In this document: piece by piece, positions 62,787-64,000 of the stretch
Position numbering within the stretch: position 1 is the stretch's first letter
Layout: the number at the start of each line of letters is the position of its first letter
Source: Naegleria gruberi
Taxonomy: Eukaryota
Direction: 5' to 3' (one strand)
DNA: 64,000 bases
NCBI GenBank assembly: GCA_000004985.1
Contig: GG738874.1
Program-made: the position numbers and the translations under genes
Notes under the pieces: generated by a model
What the model was told of the DNA's origin: nothing
Seen by the model: the letters and a program-made list of their open reading frames with translations, nothing else
Databases searched by the model: none

Positions 62787-63452
62787 ATGTTGAATTTGTA
62801 TAAAAAAATGAGTGAATTAGATACAGAGCCGGTAATGATGCCACTGCTCACTCCAATCGGGGAATGTGATTTTGTGATAGAGAAGAGTAAATTGGGGATG
62901 AAGATTATTAATTTATTAGCAGATTTTTCAGAGAGTTTTGTGTATGGAGGATTTGTGAGGGATTTTCTTGTTCGGAGGGAAAAGTTTAATGATTTGGATT
63001 TATTTATTAAAAATTCAAATATTGGTGATGGTGATGATATGGAAAATAATCATAGAGATTCGAAAATTCTAAAAATTAGAAATGAATTTGAGAATAGACT
63101 GAGAGATTGTGAAATGGAAATTGTTTCAATGAAGAATAATAGAGAAACAGTTGACTACTTAATTAAATTTGAAGGGGATTTATTGGAATTGAATGTAATT
63201 TATGAGGATATTGAGAATGATGTTCCAGATTTTGATGTAAATAATTTAAAATTTCAAAATGGAAACATTTCTCAAAGAATTCCTATGGAAAATTGTACAG
63301 TAAATGGAATAGTGGAAAATATTATGAAGAAACAGTGTATTTTATTGGATGAAACATTGGTGAAAGATGAAACTAATTACTACATTAGAAGGAGAATTAA
63401 AAAGATGCAAAAGAAGGGCTGGTTGGTAATGAACATTCCAAACACTAATTAG
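62787..63452 (+). CDS. small stand-alone nucleotidyltransferase-fold protein (CCA-adding/poly(A)-polymerase 'head'-type GGxVRD…DxD motif), 221 aa
   Basis: FVYGGFVRDFLVRREKFNDLDLFI matches the Pol-beta NTase signature of the tRNA-NT/PAP head domain (GGAVRDxLLG…DxD). No recognisable tRNA-NT body domain follows, and the protein is too short for a CCA enzyme. Confidence 0.45.
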   Translation: MLNLYKKMSELDTEPVMMPLLTPIGECDFVIEKSKLGMKIINLLADFSESFVYGGFVRDFLVRREKFNDLDLFIKNSNIGDGDDMENNHRDSKILKIRNEFENRLRDCEMEIVSMKNNRETVDYLIKFEGDLLELNVIYEDIENDVPDFDVNNLKFQNGNISQRIPMENCTVNGIVENIMKKQCILLDETLVKDETNYYIRRRIKKMQKKGWLVMNIPNTN

Positions 63453-63867
63453 AGAGATTGGAAAGAGTGATCTCCTCAAACTAATGTGGTTAGCAATTTA
63501 TTCTTTGACAATTATTTACCATCAAATTGTGTCAAACCAAACAAAACACCTTCAATTTAAAAGCCTTCTAAAAGTACTGTGTCAATTCAATATTAATCAA
63601 CTCTATTTTCAATGAAAACAAATGGTATTTCTTGATGTAAAATTTTGTAATTGTTATTTGAATGGAAAGACAGCTTCCGATTTCCGTTGTTGTAACCAAA
63701 TCTTACTGCCACCTTATTAAAACACGTGTTTAAAACATTGTTAGGTGCAACATTGAGATGAACATTTATTCGATTACTTTGAAGAAATTCAAAAGTTCCC
63801 AAAACTAATTTAAAAATTCATTATTGACTAAAAAAAATAAACACCAAGTTCCCATTCTGAAAAAAAA

Positions 63868-64000
63868 ATGCCAGAAAATAGTATTGATAGCACTCGTCTT
63901 GTTACCCTTCTCTTGGATGACTTTAATGATGAGAACAAGAATAATTATTTATTTTCCAAATTGAAGGAAACAATGCAGAGAAAACTTTTATTGTCAACCG
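63868..64000 (+). CDS. 5' end of a gene running off the window (MPENSIDSTRLVTLLLDDFNDENKNNYLFSKLKETMQRKLLLST…)
   Basis: The ATG at 63868 is preceded by an A-run. It is open to the window end. Confidence 0.25.
   Translation, partial: MPENSIDSTRLVTLLLDDFNDENKNNYLFSKLKETMQRKLLLST

Noticed and set aside
1-64000. Prokaryotic-style systems (operons, CRISPR, restriction–modification or toxin–antitoxin cassettes, phage or IS elements)
   Set aside because: The sequence is clearly eukaryotic nuclear, with spliceosomal introns carrying GTAAGT donors, eukaryote-specific genes (CDK8, MOB1, TPR, Sec22, RFC, SAC1, eL20), a 5S gene with a Pol III terminator and monocistronic spacing. No direct-repeat or spacer arrays or transposase-like ORFs were seen.

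Overview
This window is an AT-rich (about one-third GC) eukaryotic nuclear contig. It is dense with small spliceosomal introns of 38–135 nt with GTAAGT/GTATGT donors and AG acceptors, several of them in-frame multiples of three. The track therefore splits multi-exon genes and reads through some introns. I see no prokaryotic elements, CRISPR arrays or transposons. Two N-run assembly gaps (7091–7140 and 51313–51362) interrupt genes.

Recognisable content by homology motifs:
- An intronless 1812-aa repetitive coiled-coil protein.
- The U-box cyclophilin PPIL2/Cyp60.
- A six-exon MOB1.
- UBA4/MOCS3, an E1-like enzyme with a rhodanese domain.
- An AGPAT-family acyltransferase.
- Mitochondrial ACP and a Nudix hydrolase.
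- A dispersed 5S rRNA gene and a tRNA-Asp.
- A Sel1-repeat protein.
- An RFC small subunit.
- A possible SMP-domain membrane protein, an IPT/TIG–ankyrin protein, a cyclin-like gene and Sec22.
- An SGNH hydrolase.
- A seven-exon CDK8.
- LTV1.
- A roughly 1700-aa TPR/Mlp nuclear-basket protein.
- A Cdc1/MPPE1-like metallophosphoesterase.
- A five-exon SAC1.
- An F-box/LRR protein.
- Ribosomal protein eL20.
- A secreted HPSQPNY phosphoesterase.

The items I consider most worth follow-up are:
- A compact locus of two tandem, highly divergent GG-terminated ubiquitin-like genes sitting directly upstream of a small stand-alone nucleotidyltransferase with a CCA/poly(A)-polymerase-type GGxVRD…DLD motif.
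- A separate divergent di-ubiquitin-like gene with ISG15/polyubiquitin-like architecture.
- An IRG/IIGP-like N-myristoylated P-loop GTPase divergently paired with a second MGxxxS-initiated membrane protein.
- An HRI-like eIF2α kinase homolog whose catalytic HRD is replaced by HNN and whose glycine loop is degenerate, so it is a predicted pseudokinase.
- Several in-frame micro-introns, including one splitting the HRDL|KPxN catalytic loop of CDK8.

All functional calls rest on motif recognition by eye, with no database search, and the organism is not identified.
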